DNA of 62,918 nt, the filler included, from Octopus bimaculoides (lineage: Eukaryota): assembly GCF_001194135.2 (NCBI RefSeq). It is 6 parts of 5 records of this genome, joined end to end, with 100 filler letters (N's around TTAATTAATTAA, not from the genome) between each part and the next. Parts side by side here need not be neighbours in the genome. Positions count along the whole stretch, not along the records: positions 7,788 to 13,767 come from NC_068984.1; positions 13,868 to 28,563 come from NC_068982.1; 4 more parts are not named here. The stretch is one strand, 5' to 3'. Made by a program: the position numbers and the translations under genes. The notes below the pieces were generated by a model. That model was not told where the DNA came from. It did not search any database and saw only the letters and a list, made by a program, of their open reading frames with translations. This document shows, in pieces, positions 11,899 to 22,883 of this stretch (position 1 is the stretch's first letter; the number at the start of each line of letters is the position of its first letter).

Positions 11899-12129
11899 AA
11901 AATACCAGTCCATAAAAGTGGATTGGTAGAATTGTTCAATCATCGAATGAAATACCTTCTCATAGCATCTGTTCTAGCTCTCTTGTGTTTTGAGTTCAAA
12001 TTCCCACGAAGGCCAAAGATAACTGACCTTTGGAACCACAATATGATTATGAAAACTGCAATAACGGAAGAGAAGAATTGTAGCTGTCTACTACTATCAT
12101 CAAATCTCCTGTGCAAGTTGTGTATAAAA

Positions 12130-12368
12130 AACACCATTTGAGCTTGGCTGTTGCCAGTACCACCTGATTGGCCTTCATGCCAGTGGCAGGTAAAAGCACC
12201 CACTACACCCTTGAAGTGGTTGGCATTAGGAAGGGCATCCAGCTGTAGAAACTTTATTAGATCAGATTGGAGTCTGCTGCAGCCATGTGGTTCGCCAGTC
12301 CTCAGTCAAATCGTCCAGCTCATGCCAGCATGGAAAGCGAACGTTAAACGATGATAATGATGATGATG
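12130..12368 (+). mobile_element. RTE 3'UTR fragment with (TGA)n tail
   Basis: gtggcaggtaaaagcacccactacac..ggttggcattaggaagggcatccagctgtagaaac..catgccagcatggaaagcgaacgttaaacgatgataatgatgatg. Confidence 0.75.
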
Positions 12369-12614
12369 GTGAACCCATTAATTAATTTGGGCTCACTATT
12401 GCATACTTTTACCTTTTATGTATTTGTACCCAGAAAAAAACAGTTTTGCAAAGTTCATCTTTCTGTTAGTTGAACTCATGGTTGTTATTGCAATCAGAAC
12501 AACAAGCTAAGGTAAGCGTTGTCTATTTATTCAGCTGATATAGCCGAAACGTTGTGTTAACAACAAACAAGATGAGGACAAATATCCGTCAAATGTAAAT
12601 AATGTAAATAAGGT

Positions 12615-12807
12615 ACTTTGTCTGTCTTTATGTTCTGAATTCAAATTCTGCCGAGTTCGACTTTGCCTTTCATCTTTTTGGGGTAAATCTAATCAACTGG
12701 CCCCCTCCCCAAAATTTCAGACCTTGTGCCTATAATAGAAAGGATTATTATTGTTGTTGTTGTTGTTGTTATCATCATCATCATCATCATCATCGTCATC
12801 ATCATCA

Positions 12808-12859
<52 letters not shown>

Positions 12860-12870
12860 CATTATTATTA
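12615..12870 (+). mobile_element. SINE family B 3' part followed by a compound (ATT/GTT/ATC)n microsatellite grown from its tail
   Basis: ttctgaattcaaattctgccgagttcgactttgcctttcatc..ccttgtgcctataatagaaagg runs directly into the triplet repeats. Confidence 0.8.
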
Positions 12871-13870
12871 ATTCCATTTCACTTACTCTGGCTAATTCTG
12901 TAAGAGTGGACAATAACCTGCAGTCAGGCATCTCAAAGTGTCTTTCCATGATACTTAAGAGCTAAGTATAAATCTCAAGATCTTTACTGTCCCCCAATAG
13001 AGTAGTTTTCTGAGTATGTTCTGTTATTATTGAGTGAGAGAGCAGCACACGCCATCAAAGTGACTCTGGAGTACAAATATACAAAGACCAATACACCCAT
13101 CATGGCTACCAAGGACATGCATCACAACTATGTGTTCATGACATGATGATCTCACATCAAGATAAACAGCACCTCACCTTGTATGTAGGTGTGGCCCAGC
13201 TAGAATTTTCTTCAGGTCAAGTAGCCTATCCTGCCCAAAAGGTCAATGAATAAGGGTTGTTTTAAGGATGATGAACAAAACACTCATGTTTCAAGGGACG
13301 AATTATTAAAACCTCAAAAAATTCCTCTCAACACATGACTATGATGTTTCCCAACTACTTCTGCTCATGATCAGAGATGCACACATCATCAGCTATTAAG
13401 GGACATGCTCAACTGATTAAGGTCAAGCAACTGACAAGCAAATCTGTGGCATTGAGCAGAATATTTGCTGTAGCCCATCTTTTTATACCAAGACAAAACA
13501 ATGTACATGATAGCACTTCCAATCAATCAATTAAGATCAGAAGCCATGAGAGCCACTGCCTGGTACTGCATTATTATTATTATTATTATTATTATTGTTG
13601 TTATTCAATATTTGATAGTTTCAGGCAAATTTCTCCTAGATCACCTCTGTGCTGCTCTGGTGTGTGCAGTATAGTATGTTCTTGTTTTTTTGTTTTTGTT
13701 GTTGGAGGAGTACAAATTCTTCCCAGTGTTGTATTGCACCACTTTGTTTTGAATTGAATTACCAACANNNNNNNNNNNNNNNNNNNNNNNNNNNNNNNNN
13801 NNNNNNNNNNNTTAATTAATTAANNNNNNNNNNNNNNNNNNNNNNNNNNNNNNNNNNNNNNNNNNNNATA

Positions 13871-13902
<32 letters not shown>

Positions 13903-14032
13903 CGTATATATATAAGTATATATATATATATACGTGTAAATCTATATATATACATGTATGTACATATAAATCTATGTATATGCATGTCTATATATACATC
14001 TATACATATACGTCTCTATATATATATATATA

Positions 14033-14445
14033 GACAATGCGAGACCTGGGCATCTACATGAGTAATAATGCATCCTTTCATGTTCATGTTGCTAAATTGT
14101 CAATGAAATGCAGGCGACTGATGGATTCTAAGGATGGATTCTAAGGACTTTTAGAACAAGAGATCAGGAAACCATGATGGTGCTCTGGAAGACACTTGTT
14201 CTAAGCCACTTTGACTATTGCTCTCAGCTATGGTCACCAACCAGTGTCAAATTAATCTCAGAACTTGAGGCAATCCAACGAAGTTACACGAAGAAGATAG
14301 CCTCTATGCAGCATATAAGCTATTGGGAAAGACTCAAGAGATTAAGACTCTATTCCTTAGAGCGTAGACGAGAAAGATATGCCATAATATACATCTGGAA
14401 GATCCTCGAAGGAATTGTCCCAAACTTTGGCATCGAAAGTTACAC
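14033..14445 (+). mobile_element. CR1-group LINE RT C-terminal (thumb) fragment
   Basis: Encodes [76 protein letters not shown]. Same family as 25830-26630 and 57405-57880. Confidence 0.9.
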
Positions 14446-15052
14446 NNNNNNNNNNNNNNNNNNNNNNNNNNNNNNNNNNNNNNNNNNNNNNNNNNNNNNN
14501 NNNNNNNNNNNNNNNNNNNNNNNNNNNNNNNNNNNNNNNNNNNNNNNNNNNNNNNNNNNNNNNNNNNNNNNNNNNNNNNNNNNNNNNNNNNNNNNNNNNN
14601 NNNNNNNNNNNNNNNNNNNNNNNNNNNNNNNNNNNNNNNNNNNNNNNNNNNNNNNNNNNNNNNNNNNNNNNNNNNNNNNNNNNNNNNNNNNNNNNNNNNN
14701 NNNNNNNNNNNNNNNNNNNNNNNNNNNNNNNNNNNNNNNNNNNNNNNNNNNNNNNNNNNNNNNNNNNNNNNNNNNNNNNNNNNNNNNNNNNNNNNNNNNN
14801 NNNNNNNNNNNNNNNNNNNNNNNNNNNNNNNNNNNNNNNNNNNNNNNNNNNNNNNNNNNNNNNNNNNNNNNNNNNNNNNNNNNNNNNNNNNNNNNNNNNN
14901 NNNNNNNNNNNNNNNNNNNNNNNNNNNNNNNNNNNNNNNNNNNNNNNNNNNNNNNNNNNNNNNNNNNNNNNNNNNNNNNNNNNNNNNNNNNNNNNNNNNN
15001 NNNNNNNNNNATATATATATACATAATGTATGTATGCATGCATATATGTAAT

Positions 15053-15345
15053 GTGAGGTAATAGTTTCACTATGTATATGTTATATACATAGTGAAAGTA
15101 TTAATAGCAGAACTATTAAAACTGAAACTATTATCTCACGTTCCAGTAGAGATGGTGTTGTTTCACTTTTGACACGTAATACCGAAACAGTGTAAGAGAT
15201 TGCACTGGGCTTGCATTAGGCCAGAAGTTGAATGGTTTTTTGGCCCATGACACTCCATTGACCCTAGGTAGTGTAAGTGTAAAATTTGAATGAAATCGGT
15301 TGGTTAGTTCTCGAGATTTAGTGATGCACACATACAGACATTCTC
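15053..15345 (-). mobile_element. Helitron/HINE-like non-autonomous element with a nested terminal palindrome
   Basis: Perfect 15-bp stem (15065-15079/15083-15097) inside an outer IR (15054-15069/15123-15139). Also carries a DINE-1-like block aaatttgaatgaaatcggttggttagttctcgagat..cacacatacagaca. Confidence 0.4.
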
Positions 15346-15458
15346 AGTTATTTTCTGTTACAATAATATATATATATATATATATAGACACCAGAGTAAT
15401 GACATAAATGTGAAAGAAGGTAGAAAAAATATTATTCGAATACCGGAGGTAAAGTAAT

Positions 15459-15589
15459 ATACTTTATTAATAAAGCTTCAAAAACATCACAAAAACTGTT
15501 ACTCCGAGTTTCACGTTCTCGACAAACCGGAACTTGAAACTCTGAGTAGCATTTTTTGTGATGTCTTTGCAGCTTTATCAATAAAGTAT
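15459..15589. repeat. Foldback element (~55-bp imperfect arms) with HHR-like GAAAC-TCnGAG-TA in both arms
   Basis: atactttattaataaagcttcaaaaacatcacaaaaactgttactccgagtttca pairs with tgaaactctgagtagcattttttgtgatgtctttgcagctttatcaataaagtat. Confidence 0.8.
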
Positions 15590-16049
15590 GTTCCACACAC
15601 ACACACAACGAGCTGTATGTTTGCAGGCATTTTCGCCAAAGTATGTTCATAGATTACTCTGATAAGAATCCGTTGTACAAGGAATGATCTTGGCCCTTTT
15701 GAAGATTCCTAACAGCAGTTAGGCATCATGTCTCTCCCTCAGTCCAAGACATATAATTTTTATTGGCACATATATCTTGCGTCGGTTTGTCTCTCAATCA
15801 TGCCCATAGGAAAGGAACTACGAGGCGTCGTTATAAACCTTACTGGACCTAAAATTTACTCACGAGAACTGTTGACTGTCCCCATGTCAATTAACAATCT
15901 TCCTCGGACTCGAGTGGAGAGCCATCATCATTATCATTATCATCATCATCACCACCATCATCGTCGTCATCATCATTATCATCATACTCGTCATCAACCT
16001 CACCCACTCTTCCTTTTCTTTTCTTGTCTCTTTCCCTTTCTCTTCACTC

Positions 16050-16081
<32 letters not shown>

Positions 16082-16580
16082 TATACTTACAAACATATGT
16101 GAGTGGGTATTTGCACCCACACATCTCCAAACATATACACACAATACAGATACATGAATACACACATGCATGCGCCGGAAGAGGTGGTTAATCGTGACTT
16201 GTGGAACGGGTGGACGGAGGGGGGGGGGGTAAAACAAAAGTTGAACAGATTCGCACGCACACACTCGTATATCTATGCACATTTATGGATACACACACAC
16301 ACACACACACGCGCGGACAGGCGCAGATCAACTGCAGGATTTCTTCTTTGTAATCCTATTACTTATTCTATCGGTGTGTTTTGCCAAACGGCTAAATTAC
16401 GGGGACGTAATCACGGCAACATCAGTTATCAAGCGATGGTGGGAGTACAAACACAGACACACACACACATACTGGCGCATATATAGGTGAATATATACAC
16501 GCATATTACTACATAATATATACGCATGCATGTATATAAGCCTATATATATGCATACATGCGTGTCTATGTTACAATAAT

Positions 16581-16669
16581 AATTCTTTGCCATCAAATTT
16601 GAATTCTTTGCCATCAAATTTGAATTCTTTGCAATCAAATTTGAATTCTTTGCAATCAAATTTGAATTT
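16581..16669. repeat. 21-bp tandem repeat x4.2 (aattctttgc[c/a]atcaaatttg)
   Basis: Directly visible. Two units carry c and two carry a. Confidence 0.95.
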
Positions 16670-16829
16670 TTCAAAGGGACTTTGTAAGACAAGCTAAAAC
16701 GCAGAAAATGGTCAACAGGTATGAGCTGAAGTGTTGCAAACAGTAGAAAGTAGGAGTCTTCATCTTCAAAAGAATAAATGACCCCAAATCGATTCGAAGC
16801 TAGTTTCTCGTAAGGCTGATGTAGTTTAA

Positions 16830-17015
16830 CTCTTTTTTTTTCCGTTTGGAAATGCTCGGTTATCCAAGGCGAGGCAAAGAACCAGCCGGAGCTTTACCAA
16901 TTGATATCTGAAAAGGTCGATGAAATAACTCATGAACACTGCGATAGCTTCTACCAAAAGATGATCCGTTACGTCGACCGGTTTGAACAAGGGGAGATCA
17001 TAAACGAATGATTCT
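16830..17015 (+). mobile_element. Possible IS630-Tc1-mariner transposase C-terminal remnant
   Basis: One frame reads FSVWKCSVIQGEAKNQPELYQLISEKVDEITHEHCDSFYQKMIRYVDRFEQGEIINE*, resembling the region after the catalytic E of ITm transposases. The catalytic motif itself is not intact. Confidence 0.35.
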
Positions 17016-17248
17016 TTTTCTATTTTTTGCGTATGTTTGAACAGTTCATATATAGCGCTGTGTAGAAAACAGTCTATTGGTGAGGCAACTAGCAGACGTG
17101 TGAACATTGCAGAGATGGGCAGGATGGTTAAGAGCATACTAAGTGTTAACCAATTGGCAGGTCAAAAACATTTAGAAGGAATTTTCTTTGGTGGGGACAC
17201 GAAGAAATCAACTCCGATTTGGAGTTTAACAGTCTGAGTGGTAGAGTT

Positions 17249-17353
17249 AGGATATCAAACTTTTCTGCCAGGCATTTATTACCGATAAAGTGTACTGGGA
17301 CAGGATCTCAAACTTTTCTGCCAGGCATTTATTACCGATAAAATGTACTGGGG
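17249..17353. repeat. 53-bp tandem duplication
   Basis: aggat[a/c]tcaaacttttctgccaggcatttattaccgataaa[g/a]tgtactggg occurs twice. Confidence 0.9.
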
Positions 17354-17829
17354 CCGATTCTATAATGAGCCAGTTAATGCTGAAGTTGGTTCTTTTGTTT
17401 TTTAAATTGCAAATATGCTTTGAAAGAGTCGTCGCAGATTTTCTGTTCTCGTGTCTGAAAGTATGTATAAGTTAAGTATGCTCGATTTAAAAGTGTTCTC
17501 AGTAAGGCTTACATAGCATTTTGCATTATTGCTATTATTGTCAGCTGATACTTAAGCGAAGTAAACGACACTTTTTTTAATGGAATTTGCCGTTTAAGGG
17601 GCATGTACTTTCATTGAGACAGTTGCACTGAGGTAAAGGTTCATTAATAGAGGCGCGTGTTTTCTATTAATTCTAGCAAAAGAAGAGGCGAAATTGTCCG
17701 TGCAGATATAAGTGACTTTTAGGTTAAACCTATTAAAAATCTTGTGAAACTAATGGATGCTAGGAAAATGTCAGGAAAGACTTCCTAATGTTGGTTTTAA
17801 GGTTTAAGATAAAAGACGGGTTGTACCAT

Positions 17830-18600
17830 ATAATTTAACCTTTCCTGGTTTTCTTAGTATTAGTATTTCCTATCTTGTTTCATTGAAGCCACTTCTCGGG
17901 GCATCGTTGAAAAATTAGCGCTAAGGTCGAAAGTTTCCTTATTGGATGAAATCTTAGATATTCTCTGGCTAATGTTTGTAGGTAAGTTCTTGATAATGAT
18001 AAGTGGGTGATTAGAACTTTGATTCATATAATATATGACTTCATTAGGTTTTCTATAGGGGTTGAAGGATCCTAAATTTAGGTTCATAATATCTAAGAAA
18101 TTTGCTATACTAGTGCTAGTACTAACTGTAATTTTGTGGCATCTTAAATATATTAATTAGATCTTTCCTAAGAGAGTCCAGTTGGTGTCCGTTGTTATTA
18201 CGTGTCAGAATAAAACCATCGACTCCGTTTAATCGTAACTCAATAAATTTGAAACTAGAAATTATTTTGTTTAAAAGAAATAAGCCTATAAGGTTTCTAC
18301 TCCATCATAACAACCCGTTTGAACATCGAACCTCAGGTCCATTACGTTTTATGCAGAAAGAACTGTCAAAACATAGAAGTGATTTTCTGGCATGCGTAAT
18401 GAAGTCGATGCCCAGATCCGTTATCGAGGTATATCTGCGGGCGAAGTTTAAAACTCTTAGTTAATAGTCCCTCTGCGACAGAGGGGTAAAAATCAGTATC
18501 AAATTGATTAAATTTACAGTTCCTTTCGTCGTGTAAATTTTCGAACGAATCTATCACTGATGAACTATTTTTCAAAAGCGTAAGATTAGTAGCTTTCATA
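17830..18600 (-). mobile_element. PLE reverse transcriptase fragment (degraded, internally deleted)
   Basis: ORFs give LKNSSSVIDSFENL..CKFNQFDTDFYPSVAEGLL and NLNLGSFNPYRKPNEVIYYMNQSSNHPLIIIKNLPTNISQRISKISSN. These match PLE RT motifs FDI..FYPS and PY.KPN..SNHPP. Confidence 0.8.
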
Positions 18601-18619
18601 TATTAATATATGTTACAGT

Positions 18620-18830
18620 GGTGAGCAGGCAGAATTGTTAGTATGCCGGGTGAAATGCATAGCGGCATCTTGCCCGTCTTAAGTTCTGTGTTCAAATTCT
18701 GCAGAGGTCGACTTTGCCTGTCATCTTTTCGGGGTCGATAAAATAAATACCAGTTAAGCACTGGGGTCGATGATATTGACTCCCCCCCCCCCGGAACTTG
18801 CTGGCCTGGTCCCAAAATTTGAAATCTTAT
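18620..18830 (-). mobile_element. SINE family B
   Basis: The region carries the family B body: ttctgtgttcaaattctgcagaggtcgactttgcctgtcatcttttcggggtcgataaaataaataccag. That string reads on the plus strand as given, so the orientation is uncertain or plus. Confidence 0.6.
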
Positions 18831-19007
18831 ATTAAAACATGTTTTATTACAATTATCATTATTCATTTTTATATAACTTTGTTCATCCTCACACTTTTTT
18901 TTTCTCATCCACATGTATAATGTTTTATGGTACATACGAGCAGGCCCTAAAGGAAATGAAAAGAAAAGATTATTATTATTATTAATTATCATCATCATTG
19001 TTATTTA

Positions 19008-19220
19008 GGAGGCGAGCTGGCAGAATCGTTAGCAGGCTGCACGAAATGCTTAGCGATATTTTGACCGTCGCTACGTTCTGAATTCAAGTTCTGCCCAGGT
19101 CGACTTTGCCGTTCATCCCTTCGAGATCGATAAATTAAGTACCAGTGAAGCACTGGGGTTGATGTAATCGACTACTCCCCTCCCACCAAATTTCAGGCCT
19201 TGTACCTTTAGTAGAAAAGA
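19008..19220 (+). mobile_element. SINE family B, full length (tRNA-like head, central domain, ATT tail)
   Basis: GGCGAGCTGGCAGAATCGTTAGC (A box)..AATTCAAGTTC (B-box-like)..gtcgactttgccgttcatcccttcgagatcgataaattaagtaccag..ggccttgtacctttagtagaaaagattatc. Confidence 0.85.
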
Positions 19221-19730
19221 TTATCATTGTTATTATTATTCTTTTAACTTGAGTTTTGTTCGAACTCCTGGAGTCTTGCAACTGTAGCAGGTTTGCTACC
19301 TGTAGCCTACGGCACCATGCTGTTTGTTCTCTTCGACTATTTAATACTTTCCTGATGATTCTAGCTATGCCAAGGAGGCAACCTTTTTTCAACAGCTATA
19401 CTGGGCACTCTATTCCTCTCAATACTTTTTGATACTGTCCCCAAGGCTCCTTCAATAACTGGCACTATCTTCACCTTTGCCATCTTCCTCGGTCGGGTTA
19501 TCTTGTATGTCTATTTTCTTCGCCTACCTTCTTAACTATTCATGTGTCAACTGGGCACATAACATCAATTATAGTGCACATGTGGTTTACCATGTCCACC
19601 ACCACTGGGTTTGGCTTGATGTGCTCAAGTACATAATCCGTTTGCACTGGAAAATCCGACGAGATTTTGCGAGTTTCCGACTCTATCATTCTCTGTGGTT
19701 TGTTTTCGTACCATGTCTCACTTCTCCCTA
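19221..19730 (-). mobile_element. Second R4/Dong-like RLE 3' fragment
   Basis: Minus strand gives WYENKPQRMIESETRKISSDFPVQTDYVLEHIKPNPVVVD..IIDVMCPVD..KVKIVPVIEGALG..KGCLLGIARIIRKVLN. It ends in an AAT-rich tract. Confidence 0.8.
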
Positions 19731-19786
19731 ATCCTCAATTTTCACACAGCTTCCAATACAGTATTTTTACCGCTTCTTATTATTAT

Positions 19787-20000
19787 GGTGGCGGGCTGGC
19801 AGAATCGTTAGCACGCTTGACGAAATGCTTAGCGGTATTTCACACGTCGCTACGTTCTGAGTTCAAATTCCACGGAGGCCGACTTTGCCTTTTATCCTTT
19901 CTGGGTCGATAAATTAAGTACCAGTTGAACACTGGGGTCGATGTAATCAACACATCCCTTTCCTCAAAATGGCTGCCTTTGTGGCAAAATTTGAAACCGT
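19787..20000 (+). mobile_element. SINE family B, full length
   Basis: ggcgggctggcagaatcgttagcacgcttgacgaaatgcttagcggtatttc..gagttcaaattcc..gactttgcctttatcctttctgggtcgataaattaagtaccag. Confidence 0.85.
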
Positions 20001-20420
20001 TATTGAACAGAAGAAACGCCACTAAGCATTTTGTCCAGTGTGCTAGCTAGTCTCTTAGCTCATTGCCTTAGACACAATAATAATATAACGTTAAAGCTTT
20101 AACATTCTGAGTTAAATTTCCGCCGAGATTGTCTTTACCTTTCATCTTAGCGGGGTCGATAAAATAAGTACCAGTTAAGTATTGGCATCGATGGAATCGA
20201 GTTACACCTCCACCCTCACCAAAATATTTTAAGCTTTGTGCCTTTAGAAAAAAGGATTATTTTTGCTTCCTGTTTGTGATGTCACCCTATCTTCTTTCAT
20301 TTACCTATTTCAGTTGTTGAAGTGCAGCCATGTAACACCCTGGCCTTGAGAAGTTTAGTCGAACAAATCAACCCCTGTACTTATTCTATCGATCTTTATT
20401 GCCGAACTATTAGATTATAT

Positions 20421-22883
20421 GAGTGGTTCCCAACCTTTTTGTGATCGCGTACCACTTGGAGGTTTCGTACAGCCGCCACGTGCCACCTGGTTCCAGAAAA
20501 ACTCAATACGAGCAAACATTAATTTAATCACAAGTAGAAAACACAAAGAACTAACAACAAAGAACACAACCCAGTTTAATGCCAGGGCTGAATCTGTCTC
20601 TTCTCCACCAGCTGGTCAATGCGGGGCATAACCTTGCTTACAGCGCATCGGAAATCATGGCCGGGCGCAGCAAGACGGTTCTGGCTCTTCGACTTGATGG
20701 CCAGTAAGGCTGTGAACCCCTGCTCACACTCCCACGAGAAGGGAAAATTAGTAACTAGGGAACAGCGTGACGGGATAGCGTCGGGTACGAGAAGGCCATG
20801 CTTAGCCAGGAGTTTATAGGAGAGCATTCTTTGTGCTTCGTCTTTGCTATCTCGTCAGCCTAGATATCTATGAGTTTCTCTTGCTCCCCGGTTCCGACAG
20901 GTAACTCGGCTGGATCAACGGAAAATGGATTAACGATGTAGGCACAACATATCACGTCCGGGAATTAATGCAGTAACTCAGTCTTGAGCAGTGAGAGGTG
21001 ACCGACGATTTCTTGGGCAAATTCATCATTGGGCTCGCCGCCAAGTGTAGCCAGGAGTTCGAACATTCCGTAGCGTTTGCTCTCCACGTTCTTCAACCAT
21101 AGATCCAACCTCCGGACAAACGCTCCCAGCTTTGAGGTGATCTCTGTGACAGTGTAGTTGGGCCCTTGAAACGACAGATTTAAGTGATTGAGGGGCTCCA
21201 AAAATGCCCGACAGGTAGGCCAACCTTGAGATATACTCCTCGTCCTCCAGATCTTTTTGAAAATCGTGTTCCTTCTCCGTGAAGAAAACAAGTTCATCCC
21301 TCAGTTCAAAGAGACGCCCCATCGCATTACCTCTGTGTGGTAGAGGAGACAGATGTGGTCGAAGCCGAAATCTTCGCAGAGCAACTTGAACAGACGTGTA
21401 TTCAGAGCCGATGTTTCGACGAAATTCACGATTCTGATAACTCGGTTCAAGCATGATCAAAAATTCAGAGGAAGCACCTGAGTACAAAAGGTGAATCTGT
21501 GTATGAAACAATGGACAGCGGTGGCGTTTGGTGACACAGCTTACACATAGGATTGAAAACCTGACTTTCGACTGAGCATAGATGGAACCCCATCTGTCGT
21601 GCATCCGACCAACTTACCCCAATCCAGTTGATTCTGCTTGAAGAAATTGTCCAAAACGTCGAAAATATTTTTTCCTTTCGTTGTACTGGACATCTCCTGG
21701 CTCAGCAATAGCTCAGTCTTCACAGCATTATTCTGCGTGAAGCGGACGTAGGCAAATAGTCGACAGCAGTTGGTGACGTCCGTCGATTCGTCGAGTTGAA
21801 TGACAGACCCATACTATGAGGCTCTCACTCCCTCATTCACTTGGTCGGTAATGTCGACCGACATCTCCTCGATACGGCGCTGTACAGTGTTGTTAGAGAG
21901 GGAAGCACTCTCCAACTTCGCCGCTTCCTCCTTTCCAATCACGTGCCTGACCAAGATTTTTGCCACTGGCATGACGAGAAACTCTGCAATGGTATGCGCC
22001 TTTAACGTTTTTGGCCACCAAGAGAGCAACTTCATAGGATGCTTTCACAGTTCCTGCCCTCTTCTGGTAGATCTGGCTAGTCTTGTCGATGCGCTGCTGC
22101 TTTACGTTCTCGCCAAGTTGCTGGAAGTAACTCTGATCTCCGTCCTTCTTCACCGCGTGATTCGTCTCAAGATGATGTTTGAGCAGGCTGGGTTTCATGG
22201 CCGCACTGGAAAGGGACTTCATATAGACCACACACTACGGAAGAGCTTTTCCTTCACGTTCGATTGCAATGAAGCTATACTTTATGTACGCAGGGTCATA
22301 GTTTCGCTTCAGCATGTTATCAAATCCTGTGGAAAAGTAAAAAAAATAAATTAATCAATCAAGAAATAAAGAAATACAAAAATTAAAAAAAAAACATACA
22401 AAATTATATTAATACTACTACTAATAATAATATACACAATAAGAAAATTATAGGTATGAAAGTAACATTTTTGTGAAGAAAATATTAACTTGTAACGGCA
22501 TGCTTTCCTCGCTAGCACCCTGTCAGCTTCTACCCAGCCCAGAGAGAACAAAGACACACACCAGAAACCAAACGAACAGGTGTCATTTAAGAGCACACGG
22601 CGCATTTTATAGGCGCGTGCCCCTCAAGGTCACACATAGCATCACGTCATGCTCGAGGTCACGCGCATTGGTTGGACGGCGCTGATCACTGTACAGAGAG
22701 TGAATAAAAGGTAACCACTGGTATGCCAGTAATCGAAAAGTACTGATTACTGGTTGATTGATTTGGAAAGCATTAATCACATACTGGCCGAATATTGGAA
22801 ACAAAGTAAAAATTGCATATTACCCCGAAAGTGCTCGCGTACCACCTGGAAAGCCCTCGCGTACCGCAGATAGGGAACCACTG
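20421..22883 (-). mobile_element. Near-complete hAT transposon, Buster/Charlie (ZBED5/SCAND3-like) family
   Basis: Imperfect TIRs gagtggttcccaacct / agatagggaaccactg. Degenerate 8-bp TSD gattatat / gattacag with TA at positions 4-5. Subterminal cgcgtacc repeats at both ends. Confidence 0.9.
20576..22315 (-). pseudogene. Disrupted hAT/Buster transposase (~580 aa; BED finger, DDE core, hATC domain)
   Basis: MLKRNYDPAYIKY..CVV..AMKPSLLKHHLETNH; ASYEVALLVAK..KAHTIAE; LSNNTVQRRIEEMS; QLDESTDV; CTTDGVPSM; HCFIHR; LLYHTEV; WECEQGFTALLAIKSKSQNRL. Several stops and frameshifts. Confidence 0.9.

Noticed and set aside
13020-13500. Complex sequence that looks like an interspersed repeat; ORF 13377-13757
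   Set aside because: Single copy in the window with no recognisable motif. The ORF runs into an (ATT)n tract.
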